In this document: piece after piece, positions 26,328 to 38,500 of the stretch | Layout: every line of letters begins with the position of its first letter | Position numbering within the stretch: the first letter of the stretch is position 1 | Made by a program: the position numbers and the translations under genes | From: Geosiphon pyriformis uo1 | Lineage: Eukaryota; Fungi; Glomeromycota | Length of the DNA: 64,000 nt | Direction: 5' to 3' | Assembly (NCBI GenBank): GCA_016748015.1 | Contig: JAAOMT010000494.1 | Span: 299,179 to 363,178, forward strand | The notes under the pieces: generated by a model | Told to the model about the DNA's origin: nothing | The model's database searches: none | What the model saw: the letters and a program-made list of their open reading frames with translations, nothing else

Positions 26328-28573
26328 TTTAATTTCAGGTGAGGTCCTGTAGAGAAATCACACGGTATATATAAAGATCACCAGTCAAAAAAAGGGCTAG
26401 ACTATCAGATACAAGGCGTTTTTATTTAATCTTCCAGCCCAAAGTTGGTCAAACACACGGACCACATCCAGTATGATGACACCATTTAAGGCCAAAGTTG
26501 CCGGATTATTTGTCTTGGCAATCTCTTTTACAAATTTTATTATAGAATAATTATTGAAATATGCTGTAAACATTACGCCATTATAGATCTGATCTTTAGA
26601 TAATCAAAAATTAACAACGAAAAAATATCAATAAATTAAAAATAAAATATAATAATAATAAAAGAGTATTCTTGGTCCGGATATATTAAAAATCCACTTT
26701 TTCACAAAGTTAAACAATTTTTTTAACATATTATTAATAAATATTTAAAACAAGTAGATTTTTAAACAATCTCTTTAATCAATAATTTATAAAATATAAT
26801 GTATTATATTCAAGTTTTTACTTTTAGTTGACATATTTAAAAAATTTTAGCAAAAATTTTAAATTACAAAATCAAAAAATACAATTGTTTATAATTATTA
26901 ATTTTATTATTATTGTAAATACAATTAGATTAAAAAATTTAAATTTTAATAATAATAATTTATTTAAATACAATATATATATATTTTTTATAATAAATAT
27001 AGTTTATGTGTTTTTTATATATTATTAATTACTTAAATTAATTAAAATTATATTATATAATAATAATAATAATAATAAATTTTTATTAAAAATTAATAAC
27101 AAATTTGTTTATTAAATATATATTTATATTTTATTATGTTTTTAATAAAATATAATTTATTATTATCTTAAATATACAATAAATAATTATTATATAAAAA
27201 ATATGACTTATAATTTTATAATATATAATCAGTTATTTAAACCAATTAAGACTATATTATATACTTATATTTTTATTGAATATTAAAAGATTTAACAATT
27301 TTAGCAAAATTAAACTAAAATTTAAAACAAAACAATTATAACTTTTATATTCAAAAATTAATAACAAACCAAAAACAAAACCAATTAAGTAAATATTATG
27401 TGTGTTTTTTAATATTAAATAATTAATTTTATTCAAAACCACAAAATACTTATTAATTAAACTTTTTTTTACATATTTTTTTATTATAATTAAACACTAA
27501 ATTTTTAAATAAAACCAAATTAAAAACTTTATATTATTTTTTAAAATCAATTTTTTAACAAAATTTATATATAAAATATTATTTATTTTAATTAATAAAA
27601 AGCATTACAGAATAAAAAAATTAATAACCAAAGTTTTAACATATAATTTCTATATCTTAAAAAACTTATTAATAATAAAATTTCTTTTTAATTATATAAA
27701 AAAGTAATTCAATATTTTTTTCTTTCTGTACTAAATATAAAGTTTAATAATACTTATTATATTATTTCTTTTTTGTTAATTATATTTTGAATTTGTCATA
27801 TTATATTATAATTATATAAATTTAAACAATTTGTAATTTTTTTTATTAAATATATATTTTAAAAATAAACTTTTATTTTTGAAATACAAATAATAAAATT
27901 TAATTATATATTTTAATTTTATTATTTTTATAAGACCAAAAAATTATTATAACTTTTAAAAAATTTATATTTACATTATTTATATATATTTTATATTTTA
28001 TTATAATTTTAATAATACCAGGTAAAAAATTTTTAATTACAAGTTTTTTGTCATAAAACACATTTGGCTTTTGCATTTTCCAATTAAAAAAAATCATTAT
28101 TACCAAGTTTATTAATAATAGCTTTTTAACTAATTTTTTTTAAACTAAAAATTTTTTATATTTTTAGTTAACAATATTATTTCCAAATATTTATAAGTTT
28201 TCTTGGCTTTTTGTTGCTCCAATTTCTTTGCCACTAATTTTTAATTTAATAGCATTAACGGGGTGGCTGGTCACACGCAGACAGCGAATGAGCTGCGCCT
28301 AATATGTAATATTCCTTGTTGCGTGTTCTTAGATCACACTTAGTTAACGCATAAAAAAAAAGTTTCGTGTCCATTCTATAGTTAATCTTACATAAAAGCA
28401 GAATATAAAGAGGCGTGTCACAATATTCTATTTTTAGTGATTATCATTAGACCTGTCTTATTTTATTTACACGTTCCTGAAATTTTTTTTTGAATTTGTT
28501 TCGCTAGTCACCTTTTAGGTAGTCTTTTGGTTTAAACTGCTTTCACTAATAAAATACCTTGCGATTTCTCATC

Positions 28574-30427
28574 ATGGAAGCGGAAATTCGGTGCAACATT
28601 GTTCTATGCCGTAAAGTCCTCAGCTCAGAAGGACGTGCTTGCGTCACAACTTGCTCCCGTAATATACTGTCGCTCTGCACTGATTTCTTTGGCGATCTCT
28701 TGCTAATTCTGGATCTTATTATTTCCTTTGGCTTCCTGTTTTCCAGACATATTTTGTGGTATGCTTCTTTTTATGACTGGATTTGAACTAGACATCATAT
28801 TAACAGTCCAGCATCGATTTTTTCGTGATAGTTGACTGCGCGAATAAAGCCTTCTCTTCAGCCTTGGTATGTCCAGCGTGCGAAACTAGTTTAACAGAAA
28901 AGTATTCATTTGCTTTTTTATATTCTTTGTCAAGCTGATCTTATTCTACGTTGCAAATATATATCTGATTTATTCATGCATTCGTGCGCTCCTATATTTT
29001 AAATAGCGATGATATTGTATTTGCAGACTTGAATCCTAATGAAGATTATAAATCTGTAGGTGATTTCATTCAATTTTTCTCTAATCTATTTCTTTGCGAT
29101 AGGTTTTTATAATTTGTCCAAAAAATCATTTATGACTTGATCATAAGTCCGTTCTTTCAGGCCTTCGCCCCGATATCGTTATGGAAATCTGCACTCGAGC
29201 TCTCTCTTTCTGGACTTATCAAACTACCCAGGAAGCGTGTTTTCAGGAAATTTTATATAAAAATCTAGAGGAAAAGTATACTCAAATCGAGAAAAATTTA
29301 CAAGGAGTGATGAGAGACGCCCAAGCCGAAATCAACAGTGAGTTTTAATTATATATTAAATAAATAAAATTACCAAATACTCAACTTTATATGTAATTCT
29401 CAGCATTGAGTGATAGAGTATCAGGTAAAGATCCTATTGATAATTTAATTCATGTCTTCCACAAAGGTCATCGCCTTAGATATCTTTCTGTTTCTACAAT
29501 AAAGCCTTACAAAAAGATATTGAACTCGAAAAACGAAAAAGTCATGACCTATCGGAACAACTGCAAGAAAAAGGAAGACAGTTTTCAAAGTTACAGGTTG
29601 ATTTTATGAATATCACTCTTGATATGGGTTCCACTTTGCCAACTATTTAGATTATTTCTTAGGTGATGTATGACAAACTCAAACGTCGAACTTTAGTTCC
29701 AGCAATGCAACAGACGATACAGAATGTGGTTAGTTCTGGCGCTGCAAATGGGGCTACCGGAAATAATCTTGGTATCAATTGTAACTTAGGGACAAGGAAG
29801 GTCCCTATTGCTGTGGTAGGGTGATTTTTTGCCAATGAAATAGTTTTATAAATGTTTTCATTTTTCTTGATTTGAAATATTTATTAAAACAGCAAGCCGG
29901 GATAAATCGAAGGCCATTCGCAGAAAATCTTGTTAATCGCCCCAATCATAATTCACAAATCTGGAATACTGGTTGTAAGAACGGTGGCCAAGGTATAATT
30001 CATAATATTATGGTTCTCGTTTGTATTCTAATACTGCTTTAATCAATTTACTGAGGGACCAATTTAAACAGAGAATTTGCAAGACCCGTTTTATGCCCAG
30101 CAACAAAACTGTCCCTCTAGTCTTAACCGAAATCAGTCACAGCATCCCAAAGGTTATTCCTCATACCACGGAATAACATCTAGCGCTAACATGGGCAATG
30201 ATAGCTTTTCTACTAATCTAGCAACTGCTGGCACAAGGCGAGACTCGAATTCATTTCAACAAAAAGGTAGATATTTTGGTCTTATTAAGATTTCTACTGA
30301 AGTAGTTTTTTTAATATTCAGTTTATTTCTAATAACCTTAGCTTCTGTCGGTCAATCTCGAAATCGATTCGCCGTTGGACAAAATACAGCCATGGGGATG
30401 ACACCGAACGGAGGCATGAGAGGATAA
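28574..30427 (+). CDS. HEI10: HEI10/CCNB1IP1 meiotic RING E3 ligase (multi-exon)
   Basis: Spliced product MEAEIRCNIVLCRKVL...ACVTTCSHIFCVDCANKAFSSALVCPACETSL...DIVFADLNPNEDYKSSVLSGLRPDIVMEICTRALSFWTYQ matches the HEI10 RING and the LAGLRPEIVLDISSRALAFWTYQ motif. A coiled coil and low-complexity tail follow; the 3' exon boundaries are less certain. Confidence 0.9.
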
Positions 30428-30900
30428 AACCTCTAGTATTTCTTAAATTTTCTGCTCGTTTTTATTTAATGTAATCATATTACTGTTTTGGGGTCGAGTG
30501 TTTGACAACTATAGTAATTTGTAGGAAACTGATTCGCTTAGCGTTTATATAGGTGTTTCATGTGATCGATTAATTGTAATTAAGACTTCATACTCAAATA
30601 AAAGGAAATAGGATGTAAATAAGATACTTGAGCAATTTTGTTCAAGCATCTTTAGAAATTCAACTTGCTTTGAAGTTTGGAGGCCAAGGAGCTATACAAA
30701 TGATTTCCGAGAAATAAAGTATGTTCCTTGTTCTAATCCCTTAGATATTAATAGTCTTTCATTTGGATTTATGAGCCTAATTGGCTCATGAGGCGCGCGA
30801 AATATGAAAAAAAATTAAACATGATCTCGTTTCAACCCACTTAATCCTCAACCTATCCTTGAATGAATGCCTGGTGTAATGGGAGGTTTAGGTGAATTTT

Positions 30901-32578
30901 TTATTCCAGTGTTAGGTACGAAAGATTTTCTATAATATACGGTATCTTCTTTGATGCTGATCACTGGATCGTGCCTCTATCCTGTTAAGTTGCATTAAGG
31001 CAAGTAGAACAGCATTAGTGTTGGCCGTAGCACCTAGAATTTAGTAGAAAATTAGTTTTCAATGTGTATTGATGGAGAAAACCCATATCAATACCTACCG
31101 CCAACTTCATGAACTAACTCGTCATAGGTTATTTCATCATAAATTACATCTTTATATTCTGGCAAGTCTTGGTACTCTGTTGGGAGAAATTTTTAAGAAA
31201 AATATTTACTGGAAAACCAATCGAATATGATCGGTACCTCTAATCAACTCGTTGATATCATCTATAACTTGATTGAGGTACTAGATTTACGGACATAATT
31301 TATTAATAAATTCAGTGAAAAGCTCTGAAATAAATCAGTAATGTTTACTCACTTCAACTGGAACTTGAGAACGAAGATATCCCAATGCCTCCATTTCATG
31401 TGGTTCAATAGTAGGTATTTGAACGTATCTTGGTGCGAAAGGGTCTTCAGTTTGAGAAAATAATTTTCGCTTTTGAGAAAGTGAAGAGTTGCGTTTCGGT
31501 GATATCTCATCATTCATAGTCGTCGATGCAACACGTGATGGGGTCGAAAATATTTCTAATTGAACGGAGTGATCAGTTGGAGTTTCGTCGTACCTAATGA
31601 TTGAGAATACAGATATTTGTGAATTAGTATCTTTGATATGAACAGACATGTCAAAAAACAACCAGAGAACCTAATAGCGTTACGATTTTTGTTTGCACGT
31701 GCTGACATTGGAGTACCTTTTTTGAGAAAAAGGACTAAAGATCTTAGCAGTTTTCCAATAATCTCAAGATTTTACTTTTTCATATACGCACCATCCTTTA
31801 GCAATGCAAGAGCACGATTCGAAATACCGAAACTTTCAAGGGTAGGACTGTCTTGTTCTTCCATAATAAATTTCCTGGTAAATACTTTATTTACAGGAGG
31901 CGTAAGCAGTTCGAACTTTTGCGGGCGAATTTCCGGTGACACTGGAGGATCAATGCTAAGACTATCAATGGGAGCGTTAGAATAGGATATTATTTCTTTC
32001 ATAGAATTTTCAGCATTTTTGTCTATGCGATTAGGAGATACTGGGATAAAAAATTTACAAAAATGATTACAGCATTCATGATATTGTTATATGAAAAGTA
32101 TCATGCCAAGAAAATTTTTACCTTCATATCCAAAGCTCCTTAATCGATTTTCTAATAATCCAATGTCATTTTGAATCTTTTTTAGCGGCAAAATCATAAA
32201 TTATGATCTTTAAATTGGGTACTTTCGGAGTGTATGTATTTGTCCAAGTAACAAACCCTTAGATAAACGGCGTCAACCGCCAAAACCATACTATTCATAG
32301 AATGTTTCATATTGGGAGTTCGCTCCAAAGCCAACGCGTCTTTCATCATCACTTTTGTTTCGGTCAAAATTTCTTTTAGGGAGTTCTCCTGATGTCCAGA
32401 GTACACAGATAGTGCGGGATTCTCAATAGTAGCTCTTAACAAAATCGTGAATTTTAAGAATGCAAGTGTTTTTTTTGGTAATGACGCGTCCAGAATTAAT
32501 GGCTCTTTACCTCAGATCATAATAATCTTGTTCAAGCTTTCTGCTAAATTGACCGAGCTCTTCAAAGAATTGTTCCAT
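30901..32578 (-). CDS. SKA3: Ska complex subunit, most similar to SKA3 (multi-exon)
   Basis: N-terminal coiled coil MEQFFEELGQFSRKLEQDYYDLR...DIGLLENRLRSFGY. Central SPTLESFGIS resembles SKA3 PKLEHFGIS, in an SP/TP-rich linker. C-terminal IEPHEMEALGYLRSQVPVEYLNQVIDDIN...AVLLALMQLNRI...RYRII resembles the Ska winged-helix tail. Confidence 0.65.
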
Positions 32579-32999
32579 TTCGCGTGTTGTGTTTGTCCGG
32601 AATGCACCTGATATAAAGACATACATAATTAGAGTCGCGAATATGTGATATGATAAAAAGTCGGTCACATGAGGCGATCGACAGTATCAATTTCTTTTAG
32701 CTTAAATAGAGGTTTGATTTGTTGTTCTTTTTCTCTAAAGTTGTTATACTATACTTGCTCTTTCGAAGTATTTTTGTTGAGTACAGATGAAATCCTCCTC
32801 TATGGAATCAAAGCCCGGCCTATTCACCTTATTACTTTACCTTAAACATTTCATTACGTCTTTTCAAACTACAACATATAAACCTATACAAACGGAAATA
32901 TTCAAAAAACCTCATATGACCATCACAAAAAAATTTGAATCTTAATTTCTAATATCTTAATGATCCACCGAAGATAATGTAGATCACCGTATGTGAGAA

Positions 33000-33990
33000 A
33001 ACTAATAAGTGTAAACTTATGAAGGAAAATTATGAATCCTTGGCAAGTTCCCTCAAGTAATTATCTTAGCAATGTAATAAGGCCTCAAACAGAGCCCGGT
33101 CTACAACAGAACATATGAGCATAAAAGAGTAATTTAAGGCCGCTTAAAACTTACTGAAAGTACAGGAATGATTTATATTAAATTCAGTATGTGGCTTCTT
33201 TATTTGGATAACCATTGCCATCACTGACATGATTGAAGATATCTTACAAAAGCCATAATCAAATGTCAACTTTTAATATGGTCCATATCTTAGGAATCTT
33301 TGACACATCGTTTACTGATAAGCTGAACTACACTGTAGATTAATCTCATTAAAATTTAGCTGCCATAAACCCAATAAATTTTGCATACAAATCTCTACGT
33401 GGTACCTTTTTTGTAGAGCTTTCATCGTATATACTTTCCTTAATTCTTTTCTGAACTACATCCCAGTCTCCTTCATCTAATATAGAGGGTTTTTAATGAT
33501 CCTTGATTAAAGATTCTTCGTTTAGTATTTGTGTAACTGTTAGTGCTTTTTTCACCACAAAAAACTTTCAATATAACGAGGCGTAATGGGATTGAGGTGG
33601 AAATTTGGATAGGCTCAGGATCAGAGAAAGAATAGGGTAGCGAGTGAATAACTAGATTCAGAGATTTATTATTAATGAATAAGGTTAAATTTGATTCAAT
33701 TTCCTAAAAGAATTTACCCTGCCCATTATATCGTTTCAACACATTTTTCTCTAATGAGCGGGACGCAGGCGCCTATCATTGTTGCGGAAGTATGTTCCCC
33801 TTTCTCAGGAGTCAACAGGGCTCTCCAGAGCTTGCCATGCTGCCTGCCAGTGGTGATTTAAAGGAAAATAAAAAGATGCTCGCCTCAAAAACATTAAGGA
33901 AATGTTGAACCGTTTGTTACTCTTGTTTCGATCCTGTTCTATCAAGTATTTCAAGCACTTTTAGAGTCTTTGTGCCTCCAGGCAAAAATT
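33000..33990 (-). pseudogene. Possible decayed protein-coding gene
   Basis: Coding-like GC content with exon-like frames bounded by splice signals but carrying in-frame TAA: tttag|EIESNLTLFINNKSLNLVIHSLP...DH*KPSILDEGDWDVVQKRIKESIYDESSTKK|gtac. Confidence 0.3.
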
Positions 33991-34190
33991 ATTTTAAAAT
34001 CATATTGGGCTTTAAAAAAGGATACATCTAAATTTATACGTTGTAAATGGTTAAAAACTATTAATTGCGAAAGTACAATCTATGTCAGTTGCATGATACA
34101 CGTGACTTATTAGCTAATTTAAACTACACTTTTTTTTAACGCATATCTTTGTTTACAAACCTATTCCCATTCAGAAGTTTTTCTTATAAT

Positions 34191-34633
34191 ATGCCAAAAG
34201 GAGGGAAACCAGAAGAAGTTTTATGCAAACTTCACTATCGTGGTATGTGTTTGTGAGTCTTTATTATGTTAATTATACCAAATACTTTAATAACGCTAAA
34301 CTCTCTTGTTAGAATATTGGGAGAAACACTATTTTAATTGGGTCAGTATTTTTCACAAGAGTGAAAAAGAGTGTCTGGTTTAACATTCCTTTCTATGATT
34401 CATGTTGTTTTTTACTGATTTAGCATTTATTGCATATTTTTTTTATCTATTAATAGGCATGTAATTCAAGGATCCGCAATTAACTTGTTCCTCATGAGTA
34501 CTTAATATCTGCTTCGGATATTGCATTATACCGAAAGACGCTTGAAGAAATGCGACATCACCACACGGAAGAGCGATCGCAACGGGGTCGGCATTTGTCT
34601 TCTATGCTCATGTCGCGAGCTGAAGAACCGTGA
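34191..34633 (+). pseudogene. Small three-exon gene (34191-34242, 34313-34341, 34457-) giving a 35-aa peptide, or a pseudogene with premature TAA at 34481-34483
   Basis: Donors GTATGT and GTCAGT, TAG acceptors and branch-like GCTAAA/ACTGAT. Spliced frame: MPKGGKPEEVLCKLHYREYWEKHYFNWACNSRIRN*LVPHEYLISASDIALYRKTLEEMRHHHTEERSQRGRHLSSMLMSRAEEP*. Confidence 0.45.
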
Positions 34634-35518
34634 AACATAATCATGACCTTTAGGACGCTATGTAAGAGAAACTTGACAAGATTCCTGCTACTTCTGTGAC
34701 TATTGCTGATGTTATTCAGCCTCTGCTCCCCTCAAATAACTAATAATCAAAAAATCCTAACAGCTCACTCCAATTTATTCACTTATGAAGCGGTCCCTCA
34801 ATGTGGCAATAATCGTTTAGAATCTTCGTATTACCCTTTTAGAAATCTACGATAGTTGGGATTAATTCTACTTCTAATTAAAGAAGCCGAATATTACTTG
34901 GGACTGAATTGTAACTATCAGACAAGGAAGGATATTTTTAAATTGTTCACTATCTCTTGGCCGGTACTGTGATAGCATTTGGCATCTAAATTGCCTGCTT
35001 GAATAAATTACCTCATGATTTTTTTTAGAATGAACTTCAGCCTCAAGGAGCCCAAGTAAATCGTTTCAAATATTTGAATCAAACCCTTCATTATAACATC
35101 TTTGAAATTTCTCATCGCAAAAGATTTGATCATCGAGAATGAGAATTGTAGAAGGCAATCACCTGGTTTTTGTGGATTTTTGGACAGGTCAATCCCAAAT
35201 ATGAAGATCCTAACAAAAACAATAGTCGATACTTGCTCGCGGCTGAAAAATCTAATAGTTTTTTTGAAAATTGATTTGCTCAATGAAGAAACTAGTAAAT
35301 TAGTGATACCCAAAACTTCAAAGGAAGGATTCCTCTTTATTATGGTTGCAAATATTTTTAGTCTTTACCAATTTCAGCCCATAGTCGAGAAATCATTCTT
35401 CATCCAATCAAATTGTATCCTCATTCTGCCTCTATCCAGTGGAATACTTTGTGATTCGCTCGTTGGAAGTCTAGAAATTTGTACATACTTTCAACACTTT
35501 TTTCGCTTTGAAGACGCT

Positions 35519-38500
35519 ATGGAATCTACTGAAACAGTAAAAGAATCTACCGTTGCTGCAATAAGACGTAAAGTTTCCATAAGTAGTTCCATGAAAGGAA
35601 CACTGACTTCGGATGATGGTCTTGGAATAAAATCAACAAGGTCTAATACAACGACTGCTTCTAACCCTACAATCACTACAACTACAACCACAACCAATAA
35701 TTCTTCCGGAAGAACAAAGTTAGACCGTATATTTTCAAGGCGACCTTCAGTATCAGGCTCTAGCAGTACCACGAAAAACTTTCTATCTGATATGAAGTTG
35801 ACCCGTGCTGATAGTACACCAACTAAGAGATCTACTCCTCAAATTCCCAGCGAAATGACTTCGTATTCCCACCAACAACCTCGTACAGCAGGAGCAAAAC
35901 TGCGAAAACCAACTCGGCCGCCTAGTGGTCAATATTCTTCTCCGACTTTAGGTACCACCGAAGAAGAACCATCCACCGAAAGCAATGATCAGACAGTTGG
36001 GGACCACAATAATAATCATAGCATAGCTAGGAAACTCACACTTCCTGTTGGCACCTCAACAAATAATTCTAACCGCAAAACAAATAATTTATTTTCTTTG
36101 GACATTGGGAATAAAAATGATAAGGAATTAGCCAATAAAGTGAATGCCCTAAAAGATGATAGAATGGAAAAGCTTTCGAAGAAAGCAAAAATATTTTTTG
36201 ATCCGAGATCAAAGCCAAAAGCTAGGGCTGCTTCGTTGTGGGGCTTTATTGGTAAATATCTTACTGAATTTCATAAGGAATGAAAAGGAGTAGGGAGAAA
36301 TTAATTAGATGGCCTATCACAAAAAATTATGATTTTTTATCAACTAGATGCAGCCAACGAGTTGGATCAGGCGCAATTCTTTCAGGACAATGCTGACGAA
36401 GTTTTTGACGTGACTTACAAAGCATATATCAGCCAGGTCGATAAAATAAAAGGTTCTAATAGAATGATTAAATCTTTCTTATTTTCTCTCAATTTATTAA
36501 ATTAACTCTATTGATAATTTGATTTGGGATCAAACCATAAAAATCCAGACAAATCAGATAGGGTCCCATCATTTTCGGGGAAAGAATTTATAAATTTATA
36601 TAAAATTCTTGTCTTACTACGAAAGATTTTCTTATTTTTGCCTGATTTGATAAAACAGGGCTGGCAAAAAACTCAAATAGGTAAACCTCTTTCAAAAATA
36701 GCTTTCATCATCTCAATTTTATAACAAATCTTCACTATTCCATTTTTTTCTCTGTGCACGTATGAAATTGTACTTATAATACGTAATCTCAATTTGTCAA
36801 ATATACAAGCTGATATTCTGACGCATCTCCTTGACCATAGCAATCATCCACGTGTGCGAAGTCAAGGATTTAATTTATTATTATTATGGCTGAATGATCA
36901 GATAATTGAGTTAACAGAATGTATAAACCTTTATAAAAATTCCATATCATTGGATTTGTTTCTGTATGATCAGATCAATAATGTAGAGCAGGCAGTAAAA
37001 AATCATGAAAATTACGGATTATCTGAACTTGGTCAGGATTTAATCAGATGTAAGTTGTATATTATTGAAACTCTTTATTGTATTCTCAAAAATTTTCATC
37101 CATATTTTTGATTTTAGCCGATGACCGGGGTCCATTATATCAAAACCCTTATCCACCTACATATAATGATGCTGTAACTTTGTTGAAGATAGCTTTATCC
37201 GGTATTGCCAGATTAGCTCATGTGGCAGCAGGATCAATACTTCCTCCCGAGAATTATGATTTTGCCATGATGGACAATAATATTCAACCCGATAATGGGA
37301 TCGCGATAGGAATCGGGATTGATGCTGCGTTAGAAGCAGCAAAGTTTCAATATGATTTGCTAAAAAAGTATTATCTTGTAAAATTATTTCCTGCGTGTTC
37401 TAAGGAAAAAGGTAATTTTAATCTTTGAATTTGTGATGTAATTATTATAGTCATAATTAAATACTTTCATTTTCTTTGGATCTATTAAATATTAGTGACA
37501 GGTTTTGATTGTTGCCCGCCAACCGTTTTACGAGCGCTGATACAATTCTTCATTGATTACTGCCTGGACAATAATTTTGGATCTTCAGAACATGTTACTT
37601 CTTTTCCATCACCTGCAACCCCTATCTTAAAATCGATAGTTTTAGCACCAGAAAATCGTGAGTTTGCACATGAAATTATACGACAAGCGTTATTATTGCC
37701 GGCGGGCATTTCATCCACAAAAGATATTGTTCGAGGAGCTGTACATATTGTTGGAGTATGGATTTTGAGCGGGGTTCGTATAAAAATTCACCGAAATCTT
37801 GGCAGTTAGATTTGAAATAATTTTTAAAATAATACTATAACAAATAGGAAGAAGAAAGACCTGCTTTCTTACGTAAGACAATATCACTTTCACCACTACC
37901 TGTAACGAATAATTCTTCACTAGTCGGCAACTGTCAAACCATCGAAACCTCTAGTAGCACCCTTTCGTGTGCTGCGAGTTATGCCGATGCAAATATATAT
38001 CTTCGAAGATATATTAAATTGCTGACTTACGTTTTTAATGATCATTCGATGGCTTCACTTGATATCGGGATAACTAATCTTGAAGTGGAGGCTCAGATAT
38101 CCATATATCGTGATGTATTGTCGCTTTATCGATCAATAATGGCTGAAGGACCTATCGAACTTGAAACCGAGACTTGGTTCGTAAAAATTTAGTGCCCGAT
38201 TTCGAGAATTTATAAATTGGTTTTTGCTTAGTCTAAAAATTGTTTACAGGGAAACTCTCTTGGCATTTCTCCTTGAAATTCAACAAAAAACAATTAATCA
38301 AAAAGAAAAGTATGGGCCCTTTCCTTCAACTTATCCTGCTAATGAGTTTGCTGATTATTTAATTGAGGTATTTAGGGATTAAGTAAAATCAGGATTTGAA
38401 ATTCGACCATCCATAATCTTACACATACACATATGGGTATTTATCTGTTTGAATTAATCTAAATAGACCATATTAATCGCATATGTTCGATCAATGTCTA

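Noticed and set aside
17772-28106. Short I/L/F/K/N-rich ORFs in the AT-rich blocks (also 46691, 60860, 61488)
   Set aside because: Composition is what near-zero-GC DNA yields by chance; no motifs or splice support.
28411-28425. Ndt80 middle-sporulation element in the HEI10 promoter (gtcacaat)
   Set aside because: It does not match the CRCAAA core and is too short to support.
33000-34633. TAA reassigned to a sense codon, to explain recurrent in-frame TAA
   Set aside because: TAA terminates clear genes here (DM9, GPI protein, F-box), and long conserved exons contain no internal TAA.
35102-35518. N-terminal 139 codons of the 393-aa ORF as part of RalGAP
   Set aside because: It begins at a TTG and reads like a pyrimidine-rich leader. 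ATG 35519 is the more plausible start, though upstream in-frame ATGs cannot be excluded.
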